DNA of 64,000 bases. Source: Chloroflexota bacterium (lineage in GTDB: Bacteria > Chloroflexota > Dehalococcoidia > UBA2979). Location of the stretch: positions 103,132 through 167,131 of the forward strand of contig JAQCIU010000001.1 of assembly GCA_027593235.1 (NCBI GenBank). The letters are read 5' to 3'. This document shows positions 39,141 to 48,922 of the stretch, in pieces; position 1 is the stretch's first letter, and each line of letters starts with the position of its first letter. A program made the translations under genes and the position numbers. The notes below the pieces were generated by a model, which was not told the origin of the DNA, did not search any database, and worked only from the letters and a program-made list of their open reading frames with translations.

Positions 39141-40229
39141 ATGCCTGATCAGATGACGTCCACCAGCCAGGAAACTGGCGATCTCCACATCGCCAGCACC
39201 GTGCCATTGGCCTCGCCCGCGCAACTGGCGGCGGAGCTACCCACGACCGACGTCCACCGGGCGTCCGTCTCCCGAGGGCGCGCCCAGATCGAGGCGGTGC
39301 TGCGCCAGGACGATCCGCGCTTGATGGTCGTGGTCGGGCCCTGCTCGATCCATGACGAGCGCTCCACGATGGAGTACGCCGAGCGACTCGCCCGCCTGTC
39401 CGAGCAGGTCCAGGACCACCTGCTAGTGGTGATGCGCGTCTACTTCGAGAAGCCACGCACCACCGTTGGGTGGAAGGGGCTGGTCTACGACCCGAACCTG
39501 GACGGCACCTTCGACATCAACGATGGCCTGCGCCGCGCCCGCAAGCTGTTGCTCGATGTGACCGCGATGGGGCTGCCGGCGGGTACCGAGTTCCTCGATC
39601 CGATCGTGCCGCAGTACCTCGCGGACCTCGTTTCCTGGACCGCGATTGGCGCGCGCACGACGGAGAGCCAGACGCATCGCCAGATGGCGAGTGGCCTCTC
39701 GATGCCGGTTGGCTTCAAGAACCGCACGGACGGCAACTCCCAGGTCGCGGTGGACGCGATGGTTGCTGCGCGAGCGCCACACGCATTTCTGGGTATCGAC
39801 CGGGACGGTCGGACCTGCGTCATCAACACAACCGGCAACCCCTATGGCCACCTGGTGCTGCGCGGCGGCACCGGCCAGACGAACTTCGACTCGGCTTCCG
39901 TCGCCGGGGCGCTCGAGGAGCTACGGGCCTCGGGGTCGCGACCGCTGGTGATGGTGGATTGCTCGCACGCCAACTCCGCGAAGGACCACACGCGCCAGTC
40001 GGTCGCGTTCCGCGACGTGATCGAGCAGCGCCGCGCCGGGAGCGATGGGGTCGTCGGGCTGATGCTTGAAAGCCACCTCTTTGCCGGGAACCAGCCGATC
40101 GACGGCGGTGAACTGCGCTACGGCGTGTCGGTCACCGACGCCTGCATCGACTGGAACGAGACCGAGACGCTGTTGAACGAGGCCGCCGAGGCCCTCGCCG
40201 CGGCGCCGGCGGCGCCCGCCGCCGTCTAG
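39141..40229 (+). CDS. aroG: 3-deoxy-7-phosphoheptulonate (DAHP) synthase, class I
   Basis: LMVVVGPCSIHDERSTMEYAERLARL...GARTTESQTHRQMASGLSMPVGFKNRTDG. Confidence 0.97.
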   Translation: MPDQMTSTSQETGDLHIASTVPLASPAQLAAELPTTDVHRASVSRGRAQIEAVLRQDDPRLMVVVGPCSIHDERSTMEYAERLARLSEQVQDHLLVVMRVYFEKPRTTVGWKGLVYDPNLDGTFDINDGLRRARKLLLDVTAMGLPAGTEFLDPIVPQYLADLVSWTAIGARTTESQTHRQMASGLSMPVGFKNRTDGNSQVAVDAMVAARAPHAFLGIDRDGRTCVINTTGNPYGHLVLRGGTGQTNFDSASVAGALEELRASGSRPLVMVDCSHANSAKDHTRQSVAFRDVIEQRRAGSDGVVGLMLESHLFAGNQPIDGGELRYGVSVTDACIDWNETETLLNEAAEALAAAPAAPAAV

Positions 40230-40327
40230 GGGTCTTCGACCCTCGGTGACGCTTCGCGCCTCGATGTGAAACGGCCCCGCGTGAGCGGGGCCGTTGTCTT
40301 GTCCGAGTGCCGACGTGGAGCCGGCGG

Positions 40328-41080
40328 CTACTGGCGGCTGGCTTGCGCGGCGACCGCGGCGGCGGCCGCCGCCGCCGCCTCTTCGCCGCCGAGGTAGCGG
40401 TGCCCGAGGACCTTCATGTCGTCGTCAAACTCGTAGATCAGTGGCATGCCGGTGGGGATGTTGACGTCGGCGATCTCGTCCTGGGAGATCCCGTCGAGGT
40501 GCATCACCAGCGCGCGGATGCTGTTGCCGTGCGCGGCGATCAGGGTGCGGTCACCGGCCTGGACGCAGGGGGAGATCACCTCGTTCCAGTAAGGAAGCAC
40601 GCGCTCCTGCGTCTGCTTCAGGGCCTCGCTGCCGGGGGTGGCCTCGGGCAGTCCGACGGTGGCGTAGCGGCGGTCGAAGCGCGGGTGCGCGGGGTCGCTT
40701 TCGTCGAGGGCCGGCGGCGGAATGTCGAAGCTGCGACGCCAGATGAAGACCTGCTCGTCGCCGTGCTGTTCCGCGGTCTCCACCTTGTTGAGGCCGGCGA
40801 GCGCACCGTAGTGACGCTCGTTGAGCCGCCACGATCGTTCGACCGGGATCCACGCCTGATCCAGTTCGTCGAGGACGATCCAGAGCGTGTGGATGGCGCG
40901 CTTCAGGTAGGAGGTGAATGCGACATCGAACTCGTAGCCCGCCTCGTGGAGCTGGCGACCAGCCTCGTGGGCTTCGGTGCGCCCGGTGTCGGACAGCTCG
41001 ACATCGACCCAGCCGGCGAAGCGGTTCTCGAGGTTCCACTGGCTCTGGCCGTGACGGATCAGGACGACTTCGTGAGGCAT
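40328..41080 (-). CDS. gpmA: 2,3-bisphosphoglycerate-dependent phosphoglycerate mutase
   Basis: [37 protein letters not shown]. Confidence 0.96.
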   Translation of the reverse strand: MPHEVVLIRHGQSQWNLENRFAGWVDVELSDTGRTEAHEAGRQLHEAGYEFDVAFTSYLKRAIHTLWIVLDELDQAWIPVERSWRLNERHYGALAGLNKVETAEQHGDEQVFIWRRSFDIPPPALDESDPAHPRFDRRYATVGLPEATPGSEALKQTQERVLPYWNEVISPCVQAGDRTLIAAHGNSIRALVMHLDGISQDEIADVNIPTGMPLIYEFDDDMKVLGHRYLGGEEAAAAAAAAVAAQASRQ

Positions 41081-41234
41081 GGGCGAGCTCCGTTCGCGCG
41101 TCGGCGGGGAGGGTTTCGCTGCGCGTAGTCAGTGTCGCCGGGATTGCACCCGACTGGCAACGCCTCGGAAGGCGTCGATCGACCTGGCCTCGGTCCGCCT
41201 CGGCGCGCCGCGTTCCCGGGAAGTTGCGCGCGGG

Positions 41235-42314
41235 CTAGTTGAGGATGGCGATCGTTGCCAGCAGCTGCTGCTCGTACATGCCGGGCTGGACCAGGTCGTC
41301 GTAGAGCAGTTCCAGCATGTCCCATTCCAGCGGGCTGAGTTCCTGTTCAGCGAAGGCGACCGGCGACATCAGCCGTCCGGAGACGCTCCAATGATCCGAC
41401 CAACCAATCGCGTGGACGAGTTCGTGGCGAATGTTGGTGTCCAGCAGCGGTCGGGAGATCGTCGTGCCGTTCGCCTGGTTGTAGGGAACGAAGATCGCGG
41501 CGTCATCGATCTCGAAGCGGTCGGCCGGGTCGGTGCCGTTGGGGCCGACGGTGTAGAAGTAGCTGGTGCTGGTGTAGGCGCTCCAACTGGGGACCTGCTG
41601 CTGTGCCTGAAGGTTGTCGAGCGCCCAGCTTGGGAATGTCGCCGGGACATTGTTGCGGTCGAAGCCCATGAAGAGGTGAACGTTCGCGACGGCGGGAGAG
41701 GCGGCGTAGCGCCAGGGAATGTCGAGCCGGCTGGTGAACGCGTTCAGTTCGGTTTCGACGGTGGCGATATCCGCGGCGGTGCCGGAGTAGACGTAGACCT
41801 CCAGCATCTTCGCCTCCGGCCAGCGGATCGTGACGCCGATGTTGCTGCCTGCATATTCGGGCCAGCAGCCGGGGCAGGTGGTGACCTGGAAGTTGGGCCG
41901 CAACAGCGTGTCAACGAACGCCTCCCAGGTGGCCGCCGCGTAGCCGGTGGCCGGGACAGGGACGGGCATGGCGATAGGGGCGCCGACGACGGCCAGCACC
42001 GCTGTTCCGGCCTGGAGCGTCCCCTGCGGGAACTGGGCGAGGAAGCTCGCGTTGACGAAGGTTGGCGCGCCGACGAGGTAGCCGACGAGAACGCCGTTCT
42101 GGCTGACCCAGATCGACGCAACCTGCGGTTGCTCGATGCCGAGCGTCTCGACCGATCCGCCTTCCCAGATCGCGATCGCGACGCCCTTGGTGGGCAGAGT
42201 GCCGCCGATCTTCGCCGCGACGACGGCGCCGTCGTCCGCGCTGGCTGGCGTCGCCACGAGGGCCGGCGCAAGCAGCGCGATTGCCAGGAGGAACGCGATA
42301 GATCGCTGCCGCAT
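41235..42314 (-). CDS. Secreted protein with matrixin-like zinc metalloprotease motif
   Basis: Signal peptide; DTNIRHELVHAIGWSDHWSVSGRLMSPV (HExxH). Confidence 0.6.
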   Translation of the reverse strand: MRQRSIAFLLAIALLAPALVATPASADDGAVVAAKIGGTLPTKGVAIAIWEGGSVETLGIEQPQVASIWVSQNGVLVGYLVGAPTFVNASFLAQFPQGTLQAGTAVLAVVGAPIAMPVPVPATGYAAATWEAFVDTLLRPNFQVTTCPGCWPEYAGSNIGVTIRWPEAKMLEVYVYSGTAADIATVETELNAFTSRLDIPWRYAASPAVANVHLFMGFDRNNVPATFPSWALDNLQAQQQVPSWSAYTSTSYFYTVGPNGTDPADRFEIDDAAIFVPYNQANGTTISRPLLDTNIRHELVHAIGWSDHWSVSGRLMSPVAFAEQELSPLEWDMLELLYDDLVQPGMYEQQLLATIAILN

Positions 42315-42529
42315 CTATGACCGCCGATGGCTGAACACCCGCCGCGCGTGAACGCTGGCCGGTGCGGTTTCCTGATTCGGAGCGCGCACCCAGTGTCCGC
42401 TATCCACGCCTCGCGTGCTGCGGTCGCTGGGCTCCTCTTCGATTGTCGGCGCGGAGCCGGGCAGCACGAAGGCCCGCGCCGGGGAGCGCGAGCCTTCGGA
42501 GAGACGGGTGGGCGGTGCCGAACCGCGCG

Positions 42530-43066
42530 CTAGAGCGCCGCCCAGCGCTGGGGCCGGCCGCCGTCGAGCTTGAACCAGCCCTCACCGTCGAGCGCGACGC
42601 GGCCGTTGCCCGTCGCATCGAAGTGGATGCCGACACGGTGGAACTTGATGACCACGTCCGAGCCGCTGATCGAGAACTCGCCGTTCAGGCCTCGGAAGAT
42701 CATGGTGCCGTCGTCGTTGCGCCGGTGGGCGCGGGCGGAGACGCGGATCTCGGCGTCGCCGGCGTTGTCCACGATCGTCACGGAGTAGCCGTGCGCGATG
42801 CCGCTCATCGAGATCCGGCCGGCGAGGGCGACGTTGCCGGTGCCGCGAGCCTCGAGGGTGTGCGACTCGCGGAGTTCGACGCGACCGTCGATGACGCGGT
42901 CGGTGACTCGATCGGTGACGCCGTCACGGACACGGTCCGTCTGGCGGTCGGCGGGGCGATCGGTCGCGAGATCGGTGTCCGCGGAGGCGACGGCGGGTGC
43001 CACGGCCGAGAACAGGATTGTGATGCCGACGGCCGGCAACGCGACAAACTTCTGCCATTGCTTCAT
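42530..43066 (-). CDS. Secreted protein with Asp/Arg-rich linker and beta-rich domain
   Basis: Signal peptide then TDLATDRPADRQTDRVRDGVTDRVTDRVIDGRVELRESHTLEARGTGNVALAGRISMSG. Confidence 0.6.
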   Translation of the reverse strand: MKQWQKFVALPAVGITILFSAVAPAVASADTDLATDRPADRQTDRVRDGVTDRVTDRVIDGRVELRESHTLEARGTGNVALAGRISMSGIAHGYSVTIVDNAGDAEIRVSARAHRRNDDGTMIFRGLNGEFSISGSDVVIKFHRVGIHFDATGNGRVALDGEGWFKLDGGRPQRWAAL

Positions 43067-43305
43067 CTGGGGGTTCTCCTTCGTCCTGTGAGAGCGATTG
43101 CGAGGACGGAGGCGTCCCCTTCACGCCCTACAACGGACCGAGCGGCCGCGCGTTCTGGTGGAGAACATAAGAATCGGACGCGTCTCGAAGCCCGTCGCGA
43201 CGACGAGGTGCCGCGAAACGACGGTGCGGCCGACCGCGGCGCGTATGAGAGGGCGCGTTGTGGGGCGGCGGCTGCAGGGCGTCACCCCAGGGAATTGGTG
43301 GTGGG

Positions 43306-45198
43306 CTAGCGGGTGAGGGTGCGCGCCTGCGCGCCGGGGACGCAATCCCAGGCCGCCCAGCGGACGCTGTCGACGCCCTCGATCGTGGCGGGCGTGCACT
43401 CGGCCGCGGCGATCGCCTCGATGTCCTTGAGGATGCCGGTGCGGGCGAGTTGGCGGCCGATCAGCAGGTACGGGACGTCGCCGCCGCGGATCAGGGCGGT
43501 CAGCTCTCCATCCTCGAGGACGGGTACCCGCTGGTAGTTGTTCCAGACGGGGAGGACGGACGCGCCGGTGTAGGCGATCGCCTCGCCGGCGTCGTTGATA
43601 CCGCTGATCGCGAAGCGGTAGCGGGCGTCGGGGAGGACGTCCGCGCCGTGTGCCAGGAGCGCCTCGGCGGGGACGCCGGGCTCGATGTCGGGCGCGGCGA
43701 CGCCGCGCGCGAACTGGAGCGGGTTGGGGCGGGTGATCTGGCCGCTCGGCGGCGCCTCGAGGGTGATCCAGGCGGAGGTGATGAGCATGGCGGCGATCGG
43801 CGCCGCGATCGCGATGCCGTAGGCGACGCGCTGTACGCGCGCCGGGATCGGGAGGCGCGTGGCGAGGATGATGACGCCGACGGCGATCAGTCCGACGCCG
43901 ATCGTGGCGAACGCGGGGACGCGAATCGGCGTGATGAACTGGTAGACACGCACGCCATAAAGCAGAAGCAGCCCGAGGATGGCCGGGCCGACCAGCACCT
44001 GCCAGTCGCGGCGGATGCTGGCGAGGCGCCCGCGAGCACGCCATACCTCGACGAGACCGACGCCCGCGAGGACGGCGATCGCCGGCGCATACGCCTCGTT
44101 GTAGTGGGCGGCCGCGCGGTTGGAGGCGCTGAAGAAGGCGACGCCGGTCAGCAGCCACGCGCCCCAGAAGAGCCCGGGACCATCGAGGATCCAGTCGCGC
44201 CGGCGGAGTGCGACGAGCGCGAGGCCGCCGAGGGCGAGGCAGACTCCGAAGCCGACGAGCCCGGCGTTGTCCTGCCGGATCAGGCGGAACGGGCCGCGGT
44301 CGCCGACGCCGAACGCCTGTCCGGCGTTACCGCCGCCGGTCTGGCCGGGGAGCGGCGTGAAGACGGTAATGTCGCCGGGCAGAACACGCTCCAGGCCGTT
44401 ATAGCGGAGGGCGAGGCCCAACTCGCTGTTCGATTTGTCGTTCATGACGATCGGGCGGCTGTCCTTCGGCGTGAGATCGACAACGGCGATCCACGAGAAG
44501 GAGACGACGGCGCCGACGAGGGCAGCGGCGGCGAGCGGGCGGACCAGGGTGCGCCATTCCTTACGAAAGCCCCAGATGATGTAGAGCAGCGCCGCCGGCA
44601 TCACGATGAAGCCCTCGAAGAACTTCACGTTGAAGAGCACGCCCATCAGCGCGGCCCAGGCGACGATGCGCCAGGGGCGTTTGCCCTCGACGGCGTCGAC
44701 GAGCAGCCATGCGGCGGCGACGAGGCCCATCATCAGCATCGCGTCCATGGTGGAGTCGCGGGCGGTGCCGACGGATTCCGGGAAGACGGCGAGTACGGCG
44801 GCAGCGAGCAGGCCGGCGGCGACGGCGGCACGGGAGCCGCCGACGGCGGTGTAGGAGCGGCGCGCCGCACCGAAGACGAGCGGGACGGCGATGGTTCCGG
44901 CGATCGCGATCGGAGCAATGATCGCGGTGCCGCTAAAGCCGAACAGCTTGGTGGAGATCACCTGCACCCAGAGCGCGACCGGTGGCTTGTCCACGTTGAT
45001 CGTGCCGGCCGGGTCATAGGCGGCGTACAGGAAGTTGTGCCAGGACTCGCCCATCGAGCGAATCGCCGAGGCGTAGAAGAGGTTGCCGAGGCCTGCCCGT
45101 TCGATGTCGATCAGGCGCAGCGCGGCGGCGACAGCGGTGATCAGCGCGAGTGCGAGGACCGTCGCCAGCGTGGCGCGGCGTTCGATGAAGGTGGGCAG
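43306..45198 (-). CDS. GT39/ArnT-like glycosyltransferase; N-terminus extends upstream of ATG 45054 with no ATG/GTG/TTG, candidate CTG start
   Basis: Upstream in-frame TFIERRATLATVLALALITAVAAALRLIDIERAGLGNLFYASAIRSMGESWHNFLYAAYDPAGTINVDKPPVALWVQ. Confidence 0.8.
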   Translation of the reverse strand: MPTFIERRATLATVLALALITAVAAALRLIDIERAGLGNLFYASAIRSMGESWHNFLYAAYDPAGTINVDKPPVALWVQVISTKLFGFSGTAIIAPIAIAGTIAVPLVFGAARRSYTAVGGSRAAVAAGLLAAAVLAVFPESVGTARDSTMDAMLMMGLVAAAWLLVDAVEGKRPWRIVAWAALMGVLFNVKFFEGFIVMPAALLYIIWGFRKEWRTLVRPLAAAALVGAVVSFSWIAVVDLTPKDSRPIVMNDKSNSELGLALRYNGLERVLPGDITVFTPLPGQTGGGNAGQAFGVGDRGPFRLIRQDNAGLVGFGVCLALGGLALVALRRRDWILDGPGLFWGAWLLTGVAFFSASNRAAAHYNEAYAPAIAVLAGVGLVEVWRARGRLASIRRDWQVLVGPAILGLLLLYGVRVYQFITPIRVPAFATIGVGLIAVGVIILATRLPIPARVQRVAYGIAIAAPIAAMLITSAWITLEAPPSGQITRPNPLQFARGVAAPDIEPGVPAEALLAHGADVLPDARYRFAISGINDAGEAIAYTGASVLPVWNNYQRVPVLEDGELTALIRGGDVPYLLIGRQLARTGILKDIEAIAAAECTPATIEGVDSVRWAAWDCVPGAQARTLTR

Positions 45199-45331
45199 CG
45201 GGGGCTCCTGAACTCACACCGGTGACGCGACTTCGCGATCGCGATTGTGAGCAGGCCGCCGTTACGAACACATCAGAACGACAACAGAGCGAATACGGGC
45301 AGCAGACGGTCGTTTCGCGCGGGCGAGCCGG

Positions 45332-46201
45332 CTAGCCCGCGACGCTTGCCGTCGCGATCAGCACGATCGTGCCGTCATCCTTCTCGATCCAAGCGAAGAC
45401 GCCCTCGCGCGACGGATCCTCCTCGGTCGGACCAGTGGCGACGCCCTTGACCGTGACGTGGTCGTTTGGCCAGGTCGGGTTGGTGAACTTCACGTCGAGC
45501 CGTCCGCTGGTCCACCACGGCGCCCCGAAGTGCCCGTCCAGCAGGTGCCCGAGGTAGGACATCGTCATCCGCCCGCCGACGACCACGTCGCCAAAGCCGA
45601 GCGCCTTCGAGGCTTCAAGATCGGTGTGGTAGCTCTTGCTGCCGTGGAAGTACTGGCCGCACATCTCCAGCGTGACCGATCGATCGAGGGGTGCGAGCGC
45701 GTCGCCCTCCGGGACGATGAACTTGCGCGCACCTTCCTTCTTGGTCGGGTCGCGGAACTGGACCTCTTCGGGCGGTGGGTTGAGGAGGAACGACTGGTGG
45801 TGGTTGGAAGTGATCACGGCCTGTCCGTTGGCGTCGACCACCGAGACGGCGGTGTTCACCACCGTGCGGTCGCGTCGCTCGTAGATCTCCTCGATGGTGG
45901 CGTGGGTCTGGTAGGCCCCGTCGACCTGGAGCGGGGCGTGCCACGCCCACTGCTGGCGCATCCAGAGGTGGCCCTTGTCCTGCCGGAAGCGGCTGTACTC
46001 GTGGTAGTTGTCGGCGGCGGTGGCGATCATCGTCGGGACCGGCACGTCGCCGTGATCGAACGGGGCGCGATCGAGTTGCAGGCCCTCGAAGTAGTCGCGG
46101 AGCAGCGCGGGGGTGACGACCCAGTCGAGCGTGGGAAGCGTCTTGCCGACGCTGGGCTCACCGAGCGGTGGGGCGGGGCGGTCGCTGGTTTCGGTCGTCA
46201 T
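45332..46201 (-). CDS. MaoC-like acyl dehydratase
   Basis: WWTSGRLDVKFTNPTWPNDHVTVKGVATG; GDVVVGGRMTMSYLGHLL. Confidence 0.7.
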   Translation of the reverse strand: MTTETSDRPAPPLGEPSVGKTLPTLDWVVTPALLRDYFEGLQLDRAPFDHGDVPVPTMIATAADNYHEYSRFRQDKGHLWMRQQWAWHAPLQVDGAYQTHATIEEIYERRDRTVVNTAVSVVDANGQAVITSNHHQSFLLNPPPEEVQFRDPTKKEGARKFIVPEGDALAPLDRSVTLEMCGQYFHGSKSYHTDLEASKALGFGDVVVGGRMTMSYLGHLLDGHFGAPWWTSGRLDVKFTNPTWPNDHVTVKGVATGPTEEDPSREGVFAWIEKDDGTIVLIATASVAG

Positions 46202-46203
46202 GA

Positions 46204-47520
46204 TTGAAGCTCCTCACGGCTGTTTTCCCCGATCGGGAGCGGTTTGTCCAGTACGAGCGTTGTACAGGCAGCCGGCGCGCGCGACGAGCGGTCCGGTCGC
46301 GCTATGGTTCCCGAACCGCGGTTCGGGAACCGCGACGCAGCTTCGGAGCCACGACCATCTGCCGAATCGTCGCCATTCTGGTGCTTGCCGTGTGCGCGAC
46401 GCTGGCCGTGGTGGCGCTCGCGGCCTGTGGCGACGAGACGCCGGCCGAGCCGCCGGCGCTGCCGCCGCTGGAGCTGGCGCCGATCCTCGGAGGCCACGCC
46501 TACGCCGAACCGATCGAGGTAGGCGTCTACCCCGGCGATCGCCTGTTCGTGGCGGAACGCGGCGGGCGTGTGCTGCTGGTCAGCGAGGACGATCCGGACG
46601 GCGCGGTGCTCCTCGACATCACCGATCGCGCGGACTCCGACTTCGGCGAGGGCGTGCTGTCGGTCGCCCTCGATCCCGCCTTCGAGGTCAACGGGTACCT
46701 CTGGGTCTACTACTTCGTCGATCCGAAGCCGGACCGGACGTTGCTGTCGCGGTTCACCGTGGTGGACGACGCAGCCGATCCGGCCAGCGAGCTGGTGGTG
46801 CTGGAATTACAGCAGCCGGGCTTCAACCAGAACGGCGGCGCGATTCGCTTCGGGCCCGCGGACGATCTCCTCTACCTGAGCCTGGGCGATGGCAGCGCCT
46901 CCACCGATCCGTTCGAGAACGGGCAGAACCTGGGCACGCTGCTGGGATCGGTGATCCGGATCGATGTGCGCGAGTCCTCGGAGGCCGCGCCGTACGCGGT
47001 GCCGCCGGACAACCCGTTCGTGGCTACCGAGGGCGCGCGCCCGGAGATCTGGGCCTACGGCCTGCGGAACCCCTGGCGGATGGCGTTCGACGCGGAAAGC
47101 GGCGAGTTGTGGCTGGGGGATGTGCAGGTCTCGTCGTCCGAGGAGGTCGATCGGGTGTCGCGCGGCGACAACCTGGGCTGGCCAATCATGGAGGGCTCCG
47201 GGTGCCTGTCGCAGGGCGGGTGCGATCCGACCGGCCTCGTGTTGCCTCGTACGACCTACCCGCACGGCGAGGGCCGCTGCGCCGTGATCGGTGGGGTCGT
47301 CTACCGCGGCGAGGCGATCGAGGCGTTGCGCGGCCGTTACCCCTTCGGCGAGTTCTGTCGCGGCGATATCTGGGCGATCGAGCGGGAGGGCGATGCGCCC
47401 GCCGAGACGCTGGCGGTGGTGGACGGCAACCCGGTCTCGTTCGGGACGGACGGCGATGGCGAAGTGCTGATATTGGAACTGCGCGGCGGCGTGATTTTCC
47501 GACTGCAACCCGCCGACTGA
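46204..47520 (+). CDS. PQQ-dependent sugar dehydrogenase-like (soluble glucose/sorbosone dehydrogenase) lipoprotein
   Basis: RLFVAERGGRVLLVSEDD...GEGVLSVALDPAFEVNGYLWVYYF...EIWAYGLRNPWRMAFD. Confidence 0.93.
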   Translation: MKLLTAVFPDRERFVQYERCTGSRRARRAVRSRYGSRTAVREPRRSFGATTICRIVAILVLAVCATLAVVALAACGDETPAEPPALPPLELAPILGGHAYAEPIEVGVYPGDRLFVAERGGRVLLVSEDDPDGAVLLDITDRADSDFGEGVLSVALDPAFEVNGYLWVYYFVDPKPDRTLLSRFTVVDDAADPASELVVLELQQPGFNQNGGAIRFGPADDLLYLSLGDGSASTDPFENGQNLGTLLGSVIRIDVRESSEAAPYAVPPDNPFVATEGARPEIWAYGLRNPWRMAFDAESGELWLGDVQVSSSEEVDRVSRGDNLGWPIMEGSGCLSQGGCDPTGLVLPRTTYPHGEGRCAVIGGVVYRGEAIEALRGRYPFGEFCRGDIWAIEREGDAPAETLAVVDGNPVSFGTDGDGEVLILELRGGVIFRLQPAD

Positions 47521-47659
47521 TCCTGATTCGCGATTTTTGTTGGCGAGCCACACGGGGTCCGGGGGCGATCCGGCTGTGTCCATTGCCGCTACTCGGACGC
47601 CTCGCTACCGTCGGCTGAGCGCCGCGCCCACCCACGCGTGCCAGGGTTCGAGGCCAATC

Positions 47660-48343
47660 GTGCACTCGCCACTTCCGCCCGCCCCATTCCGGACGATCCT
47701 CCTCGGGCTGTTGATCGCCCTCGGTGGACTCGCGCTTGCGTGCGGTGGGTCGGACGGCGAGCCGACGGCGCCAGCGCTGACCGCCGAGGAGCAGGTGGTC
47801 GCGGACCTCGGGCTGGCCGGTTCGGCGTTCCCGGTGGCGCTCGCGAAGCCCGACTTTGTACTGACGAACGCGGCGACCGGCGCGCCATACGACTTCCGCG
47901 CGGAGACGGCGGGGCAGGTCACGTTGCTCTACTTCGGCTACACGAACTGCCCGGACGTCTGCCCGGTGCACATGGCGAACATCGCCGCCGCACTCGATCA
48001 GGCCCCATTCGAGGTGCGCGACGCGGTCCGCGTGGTTTTCGTTGGCGTCGACGCACCTCGCGACAGCGCGGAGCGGGTCCGCGACTGGCTGGACTTCTTC
48101 GATCGCGACTTCATCGGGCTCACCGGCACCGAGGAGGAACTGGCCGCGGCGCAGACGGCGGCGCAGGTGCCGGTGGCGTTCATCGACAGCGAGTTCGACG
48201 GGGGCTATACCGTCGCGCACGCCGGGTGGATCTTCCTCTACACGCGGGACAACCTGGCACACCTCCGCTACCCGAGCGGGATCCGCCAGGCCGCCTGGGC
48301 GCACGACCTGGAATTGCTGACGACCGAGGGATGGCCATCGTGA
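47660..48343 (+). CDS. SCO1/SenC family copper-delivery protein
   Basis: FVLTNAATGAPYDFRAETAGQVTLLYFGYTNCPDVCPVHMANIAAAL. Confidence 0.94.
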   Translation: MHSPLPPAPFRTILLGLLIALGGLALACGGSDGEPTAPALTAEEQVVADLGLAGSAFPVALAKPDFVLTNAATGAPYDFRAETAGQVTLLYFGYTNCPDVCPVHMANIAAALDQAPFEVRDAVRVVFVGVDAPRDSAERVRDWLDFFDRDFIGLTGTEEELAAAQTAAQVPVAFIDSEFDGGYTVAHAGWIFLYTRDNLAHLRYPSGIRQAAWAHDLELLTTEGWPS

Positions 48344-48876
48344 TGCCACGCCGCAGTTCGCTGTTGGTCCCGCTGGCGCTGCTGATCGCCGCGCTGGTCG
48401 CCTCGGGCTGCTCGGGGGATGACGATGGCGCCGCCGCCGACGCCACCGTCGCGCGCGGCGCCGTGCTGGCGGAGACCGCCAACCTCGCGATCTACGACGC
48501 GTTCATCCCGGTTCCGGCGACGGATATCGGCGCGCTCTACTTCGAGATGGTGGACACGGACGGTGGTGGCGACCGGCTACTCGGGGTGACGACCACCGTC
48601 GCCGTGATGACCCACTTCCATTCGACCGTGATCGACGGAGACACCTCGCGCATGCTGCCGGTCGCCGGCGGCATCGTGCTGCCACCGGACGGTGCGACGA
48701 AGCTTGCGCCGGGTGGGCTGCACGTGATGCTGATGAACCTCGTCACCCCGCTCACCGCCGGCGACACCGTCCAGGTGACGCTCCAGTTCGAACGCGCCGG
48801 CGCGGTGACGATCGAGGTGCCGGTGCTGCGCTATGAGGACACCGGCATCCTCGGCGGATCGGGCGCCGGGTCGTGA
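48343..48876 (+). CDS. PCu(A)C-type copper chaperone
   Basis: ALYFEMVDTDGGGDRLLGVTTTVA...THFHST...LPPDGATKLAPGGLHVMLMNLVTPLTAGDTVQVTLQFERAG. Confidence 0.92.
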   Translation: MPRRSSLLVPLALLIAALVASGCSGDDDGAAADATVARGAVLAETANLAIYDAFIPVPATDIGALYFEMVDTDGGGDRLLGVTTTVAVMTHFHSTVIDGDTSRMLPVAGGIVLPPDGATKLAPGGLHVMLMNLVTPLTAGDTVQVTLQFERAGAVTIEVPVLRYEDTGILGGSGAGS

Positions 48877-48922
48877 TCACGCTACGCGCGCTGAGCGAAC
48901 GGCGTTGCGGACTGGCGCGCCG

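Noticed and set aside
43258-45225. 655-aa ORF on the plus strand
   Set aside because: Antisense shadow of the GT39 glycosyltransferase.
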